Shown here: positions 44,363 to 54,238 of the stretch, piece after piece | Position numbering within the stretch: the stretch's first letter is position 1 | Layout of the letters: every line of letters begins with the position of its first letter | Source of the DNA: Diplonema japonicum | Lineage: Eukaryota > Protista > Euglenozoa: Diplonemea | Assembly (NCBI GenBank): GCA_964019335.1 | Contig: OZ025661.1 | Location: forward strand, 1-64,000 | Direction of reading: 5' to 3' | DNA: 64,000 nt | The notes under the pieces: model-generated | The model's input: only the letters and a program-made list of their open reading frames with translations | Databases searched by the model: none | What the model was told of the DNA's origin: nothing | Translations under genes and position numbers: made by a program

Positions 44363-45884
44363 CGTCAGTGTTTATGGGGCCTGCTGAAGGCATCGCCGCG
44401 TACAAGAAAAACAAGAACAGAAATAGGGCAACAAGCCAGGTAGAAAAGAAGCGCACCGGTAGTGGGTCCCGTACAACAGCCTCAAGCTCTAAGAGGTACG
44501 AGTAGTACGATGACATTGAGTGCGCAGATGAGGAATGCTCTTTGTATGTGTGATGCGGTTTATTGTACACATTCAGAAGCACGGGGCTAAAGGAGTGAGG
44601 AACGAGCGACAAATGCTGTAGCACATGTGCTAAAGCATAGGCATCACTCTCATTTGTTGTCAAACAGCAAGCTAGCGACAACCGAAACGAGGCATCGTGG
44701 TGCAAATGGTTGCCCTCGTGCAGAAGGGCACTTGGGACAGGGTCGTCGGAGTGTTCGTAAGCAGCCGATGCTTTGCACCTCTTGCTTATCTGATCTTTCA
44801 GCAGCTTCACGTCGCCTGCAACAACCCGTGGCGCGCCGAAGGTCACCAACTCGATTTCCCTGTCGTTAAGGACATCCAAAAGCAACAGGCCGATGAGCTG
44901 CGCATACCCCCCACCCCTTCCATGCCCAGTTACAACAACTTTGCTTTTATTTACTTTTTGGAGAGCCGACAAGACGGCCGGATACACCTGCCTGGCAGTG
45001 GACCATAACCCGCCGTGTACAGTTGTGGTGTGTCGCATGAACGGAACCTCTATACAGCTCGTGAGAGTGATGTCTGTGTAAGCTGCTGGTGGAGCAATCA
45101 CAAGGTAGGCAATCTCTGAATCCAACACCACCTTCCACCTCGGTCTCACCCCGTTGCCTGCATACGTTTCCTCGGCTATAGTGGGTGATGCCTGCGATCC
45201 CATAAGGGGAATTGGACCGCCTGTGCTCATCCATGTGCATAATGTAGCAGCGCGTATATGGGTAGCTAGGGCAGCACGGGTGAGGTTGGGCACGCTACTT
45301 CCGATGTCGTAGACACGTAGCTTTGATTTCTTGGGGGAAGTGCATAGTGCAGCAACACACTCCACAATGCTTTCAAAGGTGAGGTGCTGACCCTCTATGA
45401 AGTGAATAGCATGGAAGGAAGAATGACTGAGTACTTCATGTGGCTGAGCACCTTTCTCCAGCATGATGGTACGTGCTGCCCAAGGTTCGGAGTGCACACG
45501 TGTGTGCGTTGCAACGGGACTCGAGACAAGTGAGACAGGTGATGTAGAGACAGAGCTAACAACCAGCAATTTCTGCTGGTGCTCCTTAGGAACCTCATCC
45601 CATGTCACTACACCCCCTTCGCTCTCACCGGCTGGAATCACCTTCGTTACCACTATAATTTTCTCCCTCCCTTCCCATGAACATTCCTTACATTTTACTT
45701 CTATTCGCAAGCACTCTCCGCCTATCAGAGCACCATACGAAGGCCGCACCACAAGAGCACTGTTACGCACAGTCCTTATTTTGAACATTTGCTCATGCTC
45801 AATACTACTGGACAAACTAAATACGGTAGACGTTGCACCATGCAGAATAAGCTCTGATGGCGCCACAGTGAATACGTTTGCCAT
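44232..45884 (-). CDS. MSP (VAP-like) domain + lipase class 3-like domain + C-terminal TM
   Basis: FKIRT..VVRPSYG (MSP); VHGG, VVVTGHGRGG, TFGAPRV, DDPVP, HSMSSY (lipase 3). Confidence 0.75.
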   Translation of the reverse strand: MANVFTVAPSELILHGATSTVFSLSSSIEHEQMFKIRTVRNSALVVRPSYGALIGGECLRIEVKCKECSWEGREKIIVVTKVIPAGESEGGVVTWDEVPKEHQQKLLVVSSVSTSPVSLVSSPVATHTRVHSEPWAARTIMLEKGAQPHEVLSHSSFHAIHFIEGQHLTFESIVECVAALCTSPKKSKLRVYDIGSSVPNLTRAALATHIRAATLCTWMSTGGPIPLMGSQASPTIAEETYAGNGVRPRWKVVLDSEIAYLVIAPPAAYTDITLTSCIEVPFMRHTTTVHGGLWSTARQVYPAVLSALQKVNKSKVVVTGHGRGGGYAQLIGLLLLDVLNDREIELVTFGAPRVVAGDVKLLKDQISKRCKASAAYEHSDDPVPSALLHEGNHLHHDASFRLSLACCLTTNESDAYALAHVLQHLSLVPHSFSPVLLNVYNKPHHTYKEHSSSAHSMSSYYSYLLELEAVVRDPLPVRFFSTWLVALFLFLFFLYAAMPSAGPINTDVEGHNELVSVSLGYSLLLFLDALLQHGWGLFGSRYKMDTNTTQ

Positions 45885-46096
45885 TTGTCTGAGTGTTAAT
45901 GCCAAATGCGGGATGGGTTAAAACAATGATATTGCTTGATTGGCGGCATTCAAAGCAATAAACAAAATTACACGCATATTGCTATCTTCAACAATTCGTA
46001 CACACGAAACACTGGTACCCACCGTCGTGGGGTTTCTAACGTTTAATTGAAACAAACATTCGCACCTCGTGAAGGTGCGCTTTAGATGTCCCGCGC

Positions 46097-48496
46097 TCAA
46101 TGCTGCGGTGTGCACGCCGTCGCACACTTACCGTTCTGCATAATATTTGTGTGAAGTGTAGAGTCTTGCATACCTCAGCAGTGACAAGCTGGTAGGTGTG
46201 GGCAGGCGTTTGTTTGATGGACCACTCTTGGTTGGAGCCGCCATTGCAAGAGTACCACTCAATGTTTGAGCCATCGGCAGTCTGTGAACGTGTGTCGAGT
46301 GAGGAAAACATACCGCGTGTCCTGTGATATCAAGACAGTAGTTGCCGTTCTTGATGGCTTGACCATTCATAGTGAACTTCTGGTTAGCAGCAGAAGTGCA
46401 GGTCTCGAGGGTTGCTGACGGCGAGCCAGAAGAAGGGTCCTTGTTGGGACCAACCGTCATGCACAGGTTGTTGATACCGAAAGTAAACTCGCTGCCGACA
46501 GCCGTCTGCGTGAAAGACTGGAAGTTGGGCACATTACAAGTGAAGATGGTCAACGTGGTGCCGGAGGCAATGGTGTCGGCACATGTTGGGGGGGGCTTCC
46601 CAGAGAAGTTGGGGGAGTCAGTAAAGGCAATGGTGAGGTCCTGCTTTGCTTCCTCAAGCTCCAGAATAACCACGTCATTGTTCCCCGACTTGAGCTTGTC
46701 AGCGGGGAGGAAAAGGGCGTGCTGAGGACCCTGGGACTCCCAGTATCTCCCAAGGTTGAAGCCATTCACCCACACCATACCCTTCCCGAAGCCAAGGGTG
46801 CTAACATATGTGTCGGTGGCAACGTCGATGTTCACGGAGCCCCTGTAGAATGCGGGTCCGGTGGTGGTGTTAGTGTTGCTGGTGTACGACAGGGAGGCAA
46901 TGCTTGAGTAATTGGCAGGGATATTGTATATTCTCCAGCCGCTGAGCACCTTTCCGTCAAGTGTAACTGCAGTGTTGATACCCTTAGGGTCCGTCATGCC
47001 ACCGCCAAAGTTCAGCCTCCCCATTGCCTCTACCAAGATGTCGATCTTAGAACCAGCGCTGGCACCCAAGCCCTTAAGGGGGGCACTGGTGGGTCTGTAG
47101 ATCGTGCCGATTTTCTTCCCATCCACGAAGACCTGCGCTCTATCCCTTGGGTAGTCAGTGATCTCGAGCACATCTCCAGCGGTGGAGGCAACCGTGCTGT
47201 AGAGGACGTAGCCATAGTTCTGCCCATAGTACTCCATTGGCATGGGCTGGGCCGCTTGCTTGGGAGAACCTGCAAGCACTTGGATAGAGGCCGCAGACAT
47301 CACATCAGCACGTGTACTCAGCTTAACATTGCCGTAGGCAGTCCTCTTTCTCGCAGCGGGCTCAGGGGGGATGTTGCTGTTGTACTTCTTTAGGACATTC
47401 TGAATGGCCACGAACTTGTCCAGCTTATCACTCCCATAGCCGTGGTCGCCGTTTTCAGAGATAGGAGAGTCATAGTCATAGGAGGTAATGTGGGGAGAGT
47501 AGCTGGCACCGCCGCCGTTAGCACCTGCAAACCATCCAAAGTTGCTACCACCGAACCCCATGTACAAACTGAAGGAGTAACCCTTGGATAGGGCGACGTC
47601 CAGGTACTTTGCAACATTGGCAGAGGAAGTGTTGGCCATGTTCTCACCCCAGTGGGTAAGCCACCCTGTGTAGTACTCCGTGTCCATGCAGGGGTTCTGG
47701 CCTGCGGGGTTGTACTGAGCCTGCGCGTTACAGGAGCCCGTGAAGTCACCTGGACCGTGGTCACCAAAAGTGAGGACAACATCGCCCTTCAACGACCCTC
47801 TGCTCATGTACCCGGTGTTCCCACCGTCAGTGGTGTAGATCTTAACGGCGTCTTGCCCAAGGTTCTGGTGCACAAGCTGCACAAGGTACTCCATGTACTG
47901 CTTGTCCTTGGGGTTGGATTCTACGTTCCCGTAAGAGCCGAACTCGTTCTCAACTTGGAGCATCACAACAGGGCCACCGTTAGAGTAAAGCATAGGCTTC
48001 AGTTGTGCGTGGAGTTCCTTGAAGTAGGCGGTAACGAGACCTGCAGGTGTGTGCATGTGCTTCTTAACATACCAATGTAGTTGGGCTCGTAGGTACGGAT
48101 GGTCACGTTACGATTGAGGATCCACGCGGGGAACCCACCAAACTCCCACTCACCGCACATGTAGGGTCCACCCCTGACCATCACGATCATTCCCTCCTCC
48201 TGGCAGATCTTCAGGAACCCCGCAAGATCATGGTCGCCATCCCACTGAAATTGTCCCTGAACAGCCTCGTGCCAGTTCCAAGGGACGTAAGTTTGCACTG
48301 TGTTCAGCCCCATTGCCTTCATCCTCTGAACGGTGTCACGCCAGTAAAATGCTGGTGTCCTTGAGTAGTGAAGACTCCCAGCCATGATCTGGATTTCTTT
48401 CCCGTCCTTGTAGAATTTGTCATTCTGCACAGTCCATGACCCTGCTGCTGCGCTGCACACGCATGACAGCAGCGCCACAAGGCACAGCTTGTTCAT
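46097..48496 (-). CDS. Secreted GH35 beta-galactosidase with C-terminal ricin-B lectin, 3 introns
   Basis: Signal peptide; HYSR, TYVPWNWHE, QVENEFG, TEYYTGWLTHWG, SYDYDSP; CLDI..NQEW. Introns at 48041-48072, ~46282-46313 and ~46136-46173. Confidence 0.93.
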
Positions 48497-48550
48497 TTTT
48501 TTAGATAGACTGTAATGCAGATGAGTAATTTGTATGTAAATGAAACAATA

Positions 48551-51500
48551 CTAAAGCGCCCGTAACTCCTGGCCTAGCAGAGACGTGACCTCTTCGACAC
48601 ACGCACCTGCGGTGGGAATGCCGCCCTCAGGTGCTTCTTCACTTTCTAAAAACGATATTAGTTTTTTGATGAACTCGGCAAGTGGCTCTGATACATTTAC
48701 GGGGTATTCAAGATCGGCCATGTGACCTTTCAGCAGAGACAGTAGACCGGAAGGACAAATGGCTGCGACGCGTAGAGCAGCAAGTGACACATCGATCTGT
48801 ATGCCTTGTTCCTTCATAACTGAGAGTGCAGCAAGGATGGCCAGTTGGATGGCTGTGGCGCCAGGTATTTCCTTTACGGTGGCGGTATTCAGCTGCAGGC
48901 TTGTCGGTGATCTCTTCCCGCTGTAGTACGTTCTGTTCTTCCATAAGTACCGCACGGCATGCCTCAAAAGAAGTGGCGTGAAACGCCGTTCAGAAACCTT
49001 GTCGGCCAAGGGCACACTTGAATCACCGAAGTAATATTCAACAGCCACAGCTGCTAAAGCCAGAGGGTGTGGAACTTTGCACCCAACACCGTGGAACAGG
49101 GGGGTGGCCGTTATGTCGTGCTGCAGTGCACTAGCAGCGTATTTGTCTCGTACCTCGTTCAAATATGCGATTTTTTGGCTGCTGTCTTCATCTTTGCAGC
49201 GCAGCTCTGCCAAGAAACAGCTCAACTGCAAGTTCCCAACAGAAGGATCCTGGTTCAACAAGTGAAGTGCTGTTTCATAGTCAGAGGACATTATCTTGCC
49301 CATAATAGTCTTGGATAAGCTTTGCTGGTGTTCTGTACTTTGCTTGTCGTAAATGCATCCCAAAAGCTGCTGCATCTGTGATGGCGTGCAGTCCTTCGCA
49401 TGTGAATACGCCACAAGGGCTGCTTCAGCGGTCATCCCGCACTCTGCAAGAAGCTTGCAAGCATCGCCTGCCCTGTCGACAGCGACAAGGCAACATGCAG
49501 AGTACACAGGCATTCCCGTTCTCGCAGAAGCAACGGTGTTCAGCATGGATTTCCATTGCTGCTTCCCGAACAAGGGCAACATAGCAAGCCCATGTGCATC
49601 ATTCTTTGTGATGAGCGAGGCAGCCAAGTCGAGCGGCGACGCATCTGGAGCAAGGCCATCGAGGCCTAGTTGCGTCTCTTTGTTAATGATGGATTCCGAC
49701 AGCAGCTTTACAGCGTGCAGCGTACTGCGGTCGATCTTAACACTTATATCGCTCGGCGTCTTCCTATCAACGTCCTTGAGGCTGTTGAACCATGCCCGTG
49801 CTCCTGCAACAGAATCATGTTTTGGCCTTTTCGCCTCCTGCCCACCCTCGTCTGCATCCTTCTTTCGCTTGTTCGATTCGGGTGTGGCTTCTATTAGAGG
49901 GGGTGCCGTGTAGTGCTCTACCTCAGGCGAGTGGTAGGAGTTGCGCCTTATTGTGTTGTCACCCGAGCAAGTGTACAGGAAGTGGCCTTTGCTTAAATCA
50001 CCCAAATCAGGAACGACCCAAGCTTGGGAAAATATCCTTGCTGTGTGGTTTCGGTATGATGTGAGAGGTACCAAGGTCCCTTCCACAACCTTCCATATCT
50101 GCGCTGTGCGGTCGTACGAAGCAGATGCTAAAAGGGTGGCATCGCCAGGTGACCACTTCACGTTCATTACAGGTTTGTGATGCTTGCCTTCACACACTAA
50201 AGCGGAGGACGTGATCTGTCTCAGCGATGGCTCCTCAAGCAAGCTGCTTACATCAAGGACCTTGACACAACCATCATTACCGCAAATAGCAACAACGCAA
50301 GTACCCTCACGCAAGTCAATATTGTTCACCTGGTCGCTGTGGTATTTAAATGTGTGGGCAAGAGACGGCTGCACGGACCCCGTTGTCTTCAGGACTGGCG
50401 CCTTCACAAGCCATACGTCAACGATTCCATCCTTGCTGCCGACGATGAACAGTCTGGGTGGATGGATGAACTTGCCATCGGCACCCTTTTGACCTTCCAG
50501 AGCTGCATGATTGCCCACGCACACAGAGCTGTTGAGAGACTTACCTATCGAGGCAACGACGTCGGGAAGGTCCGCCAAGACCGCACGCTTCAGGTGCCAC
50601 ATCTTCGTAGTCACGTTGATGGGAGGTCTTGTTGGTGTTGCAACGCAGTGCTCGAAGATCATGCCACCACCCGACAGTGAAAACATAGCAGCACCAGGGC
50701 CGCTCCATACCCCTGTGCACCAAAGCAGCGTGTAAACAGATACTTTGTGGGGTGTCTTAAATACCTGCATTGTCCACTTCCTTTCTCGTTTCTCTCTCAA
50801 AGTTATCGACCCGTCTGAGTGACCCACAAAAGCTGCTAGCTGCTTAGGGTGACATGCAATAGCGGTGATTCTATTTGGTCCAGGCAACACTTCTATGTTC
50901 AAGTGAGACGAAGGTGGCGGGATGACTGCCAGTGACCCGTCGCCACAACCAGCAAACACGAAGGAACTCTTGTTGCTTGCCATGCAAAATCCCGGTCCCC
51001 CAAGACAAAACTGTTTGCCTTGCGAAGTAGCAGAAAGCTGCTTCATCCCATTGTTATCCGTCTCTGACACGGCAGCCGCTCTAATGATTCGGTCTCTGCT
51101 GAACAGTGCTATGTTTCCTTCAGTATGGGCTATACTGTAAAAGACCGTTTGCCCGCCTGCTTTTGCAACCAAGTTGAACATCACTTTTAACTCCTGGCAC
51201 TTCGCTGGGTCTGCCGCATGTTCAAGCAGCACTGCTAAGTTGTAAGACACTACATTCCCAGAAGACGAAATCCCTGCTATGAGGTGGGTAGACACACAGC
51301 ATAAGGGGATGAAGCGCTGCTCGTAGTTCTGTGACTGTCTATTAGGCAGCCACTTGTTGGGAATGAGTAGCTGCTTAAGCCTCGTGAGTGAGCTGCCGTC
51401 TTTTGGCGCACTCCACACAACAATCTTTTGATCTTTTGCTGCCGAGGCCAAAAGTAAGCGGTCTTGATCACCTACCACAGCACACCATGCAAGGCACTGC

Positions 51501-52042
51501 ACAGCCTCGCTGTGCAATGTAACAGAGCAGAGAACAGCACCATGCGTTGACACCAACGAGACCCTTCCTGACAGATAGCCCAGGGCCATGATGCTTTCTT
51601 CACTGCAGAACCTCAGAACAGTCAGCACACCGTGAAGCGGTGTGAAGGCAGCACCTTGGCTAACATCACATTCATGGACACTAAAAAGGCTCACCTGCCC
51701 GCTGAAGTCACCACATGCAACAGTTCCTTCAGTGCTGTCGAGGGTTTTGGGTGGGTGCTGTAGCGCTACTGTGTGCAACACTGTCTTGCCGCTTACGCTA
51801 TAAAAGTACAGCTTGCCGTCATCGCAGCCTACTGTTAGAATCGGACTGCCTTTTAAGAAAGAGACACATGACACCCGCTGAGAGGTGCTGAACACATGAT
51901 CATCCACATGAACACCACCCGCACGCGTTTTTACAAATTGCACAACATCCTTCGCTCCAAACGCCACGATGCCCCGCTGTGCCGAGGCCACGTCAATGCA
52001 CCCCCAGTTGCATGATGCCGGAAGTGGGATGCACTGGTCCAT
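48551..52042 (-). CDS. Large WD40 protein (Gemin5-like architecture)
   Basis: Multiple WD repeats followed by a helical C-terminus; 1163 aa. Confidence 0.75.
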   Translation of the reverse strand: MDQCIPLPASCNWGCIDVASAQRGIVAFGAKDVVQFVKTRAGGVHVDDHVFSTSQRVSCVSFLKGSPILTVGCDDGKLYFYSVSGKTVLHTVALQHPPKTLDSTEGTVACGDFSGQVSLFSVHECDVSQGAAFTPLHGVLTVLRFCSEESIMALGYLSGRVSLVSTHGAVLCSVTLHSEAVQCLAWCAVVGDQDRLLLASAAKDQKIVVWSAPKDGSSLTRLKQLLIPNKWLPNRQSQNYEQRFIPLCCVSTHLIAGISSSGNVVSYNLAVLLEHAADPAKCQELKVMFNLVAKAGGQTVFYSIAHTEGNIALFSRDRIIRAAAVSETDNNGMKQLSATSQGKQFCLGGPGFCMASNKSSFVFAGCGDGSLAVIPPPSSHLNIEVLPGPNRITAIACHPKQLAAFVGHSDGSITLREKRERKWTMQVFKTPHKVSVYTLLWCTGVWSGPGAAMFSLSGGGMIFEHCVATPTRPPINVTTKMWHLKRAVLADLPDVVASIGKSLNSSVCVGNHAALEGQKGADGKFIHPPRLFIVGSKDGIVDVWLVKAPVLKTTGSVQPSLAHTFKYHSDQVNNIDLREGTCVVAICGNDGCVKVLDVSSLLEEPSLRQITSSALVCEGKHHKPVMNVKWSPGDATLLASASYDRTAQIWKVVEGTLVPLTSYRNHTARIFSQAWVVPDLGDLSKGHFLYTCSGDNTIRRNSYHSPEVEHYTAPPLIEATPESNKRKKDADEGGQEAKRPKHDSVAGARAWFNSLKDVDRKTPSDISVKIDRSTLHAVKLLSESIINKETQLGLDGLAPDASPLDLAASLITKNDAHGLAMLPLFGKQQWKSMLNTVASARTGMPVYSACCLVAVDRAGDACKLLAECGMTAEAALVAYSHAKDCTPSQMQQLLGCIYDKQSTEHQQSLSKTIMGKIMSSDYETALHLLNQDPSVGNLQLSCFLAELRCKDEDSSQKIAYLNEVRDKYAASALQHDITATPLFHGVGCKVPHPLALAAVAVEYYFGDSSVPLADKVSERRFTPLLLRHAVRYLWKNRTYYSGKRSPTSLQLNTATVKEIPGATAIQLAILAALSVMKEQGIQIDVSLAALRVAAICPSGLLSLLKGHMADLEYPVNVSEPLAEFIKKLISFLESEEAPEGGIPTAGACVEEVTSLLGQELRAL

Positions 52043-52081
52043 GTTGTGCCTGAGGAATTCTGAAAAAATAAGAACGAAAAA

Positions 52082-53440
52082 CTAAAGGTAGATAATTCGA
52101 ACGACAGGCAACCGTTTCGTCTGCGCTGTACCAAACCCTTTAGCCGGGTTCCCCATGCCCTTCCAGGTGGCTGCTATTTCGGAAACTGTGTTGTTCGCGT
52201 TGCGTGCTGTTTTCTTGTTGTCCGCCCACCTCCGTCTGTCAGCTTCTGTGAACAATCGCATTGAGGGGCGGCTATTGTTATGTACAGCTTTCCATTCCTT
52301 GCCTGTGAGATGCAAGTACAGATGTGCAAGGGTGTTGTGCTGTACTGTCGGGAGCTGAGTTGTGAGGTAGCGGTGTGTCTCTTCTGCCTTCTCCACGTCG
52401 TGCACTGCGTGGTAGATGGTCATAAGAGATATCCAGTGCGCCTTGTTGTCCTGCAGCTTGCGATTGAAAACAACCTTAAAGACCTCCTCCGCGGTGCAGT
52501 AGTAAAAGTCGTTTCGCTTTTTCACACCCTGCACGCACGTTTGCAGCACTGTAGCCACAAGGATATGATCTGGCACAACACCAGGGTCCTGCACAACATC
52601 TGACCATATGGCTACAGAGTCCTCCAACCTGTTAGTTTTCCGCAGCAGCGCCATCATCTGCGTGTAGCAATATGCACACAACAAGCCTTCTTTCTGCGCT
52701 TTCTTATAAACCTTTTCGCCTTGTGCAACATCAAGATTCTTGAAGCACAGCGAGAGCTGGAGTGACACACCAGCTTTTGCATCCAGCATGTTGCTGTGTT
52801 TCGTGTTGCTTATGAAGTCTTGCAACTCAGAGAGGTCGGTGAAGCTCTTCGCACAGCTTACGACGTGGCTACAGTGCACTGCATTTGTCTCCGATGCCGA
52901 CAGTTGCTCGAGGAGCTTCAAGCATTCTGATGTACGACCTTCTTGTGCCAGTCGCTTCATTTTCAAGGTGTAAAGTTGGTTAGTAGGATAGTAGCCAATA
53001 CCCAGCATGGCTTCGATCACCTCGTTCGCTTCGTCATATCGCTTGTCACGGTAGAGGCTCACCGCTAAATTGGAGAAGGTCACGCTGTCCGGGTGCACGT
53101 TCATCATGTTGAAGATCCTCATTGCCTGGGCCGAAGCCGATAACCTTCCCAGAGCGCTTATGGCAGTGTTGTACCCTGTGAGTCCTATCTCTTCATTTCG
53201 CACACCGAGCCTCACAACCCCTAATATATCTGAAATTTGCTGTCTCTTAGCAGCACCCTTAGCTGCCATACCGTGCATTGAATCTTTCACAACACTCTTG
53301 ATCTTTTGCGCTATGTCCCTATCCAGCTGCCGTTGCCTTCGTGAAAACGGACGTGACTTAAATGACAGGCTTGTCAGCCGTTGGAGGTTCATATTGCAGC
53401 AGTACCTACGGGCGTGGCTTAGGAAGCATGTGCTAAACAT
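52082..53440 (-). CDS. Pentatricopeptide repeat protein, likely mitochondrial
   Basis: YNTAISAL..PDSVTFSNL and PD..ATVLQTC repeats; presequence-like N-terminus. Confidence 0.85.
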   Translation of the reverse strand: MFSTCFLSHARRYCCNMNLQRLTSLSFKSRPFSRRQRQLDRDIAQKIKSVVKDSMHGMAAKGAAKRQQISDILGVVRLGVRNEEIGLTGYNTAISALGRLSASAQAMRIFNMMNVHPDSVTFSNLAVSLYRDKRYDEANEVIEAMLGIGYYPTNQLYTLKMKRLAQEGRTSECLKLLEQLSASETNAVHCSHVVSCAKSFTDLSELQDFISNTKHSNMLDAKAGVSLQLSLCFKNLDVAQGEKVYKKAQKEGLLCAYCYTQMMALLRKTNRLEDSVAIWSDVVQDPGVVPDHILVATVLQTCVQGVKKRNDFYYCTAEEVFKVVFNRKLQDNKAHWISLMTIYHAVHDVEKAEETHRYLTTQLPTVQHNTLAHLYLHLTGKEWKAVHNNSRPSMRLFTEADRRRWADNKKTARNANNTVSEIAATWKGMGNPAKGFGTAQTKRLPVVRIIYL

Positions 53441-54119
53441 GGCGCCCAAAAAACTGTCTAATAGTGTCAGGGTGGAGTCTCTCATCTGGGACCATGCCGT
53501 AGCAAAGGATCACATTGATGCGCTCGCCTTGCAGCACCTCTGTCACGCCATGCATGGTGTGCTGGCCGCGAAAAACAACGATTTCACCTGGGACGAGTCC
53601 GGCATCGGTACCCTGCACTGTGCCGGTGATGACGCTGTGGACCAGCTGCTCACCGGCCTCGTCCTTCGAGGTACCTTTTCCGTAGAGGAGGTCACCTCCT
53701 TGGGTTGCCTTCTGCAGTAGGATGTTGACCCCAAATGTCGAATTGTCGAAGTGCCATCCTAGCTTGTGACCCTTCTCGAAGATGTTATAGTAGTACCTAT
53801 TCATTACATTACCGTGGGGGTACAGTTCTACACCGAGTGCCTCCTTCACCAGCGGTAGACACTCTTCGTATATGCCAGGCAGCAGGGATGTGCTTTCTAA
53901 ACGGTCCCCTGCGATTAGTAATTTCTCGCTCTCAAGATACTTCCTCCTCACACTACCAGCTCCGTCTCTTTCCTCGGGTGGCTTCAAGTACGCAGTGTGT
54001 CTTTCTGTGCTGTGAAAAACGTTATGGGGGCTGCTTCGTAATCTTTTGCATTCACTCAACAGCTCCCCGACCCTGCCCTTCCCCAACACACCTGTCAGCC
54101 TTGTCGCGATAAAGCACAT
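53433..54119 (-). CDS. 2OG-Fe(II) oxygenase family protein
   Basis: WHFD..GG..HGVT..R facial triad and co-substrate Arg; start uncertain. Confidence 0.8.
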   Translation of the reverse strand: MCFIATRLTGVLGKGRVGELLSECKRLRSSPHNVFHSTERHTAYLKPPEERDGAGSVRRKYLESEKLLIAGDRLESTSLLPGIYEECLPLVKEALGVELYPHGNVMNRYYYNIFEKGHKLGWHFDNSTFGVNILLQKATQGGDLLYGKGTSKDEAGEQLVHSVITGTVQGTDAGLVPGEIVVFRGQHTMHGVTEVLQGERINVILCYGMVPDERLHPDTIRQFFGRHV

Positions 54120-54238
54120 GTGTGGTGTAGCGCCTGTAATATCTGTAGCAGGTCAGGGAAATATGAGAAAGAAGGCCCGTCATTACATAAAACCGTATCA
54201 CTCGAATACCAGACCGAAAGAACGGAAGAATGGAAGAC

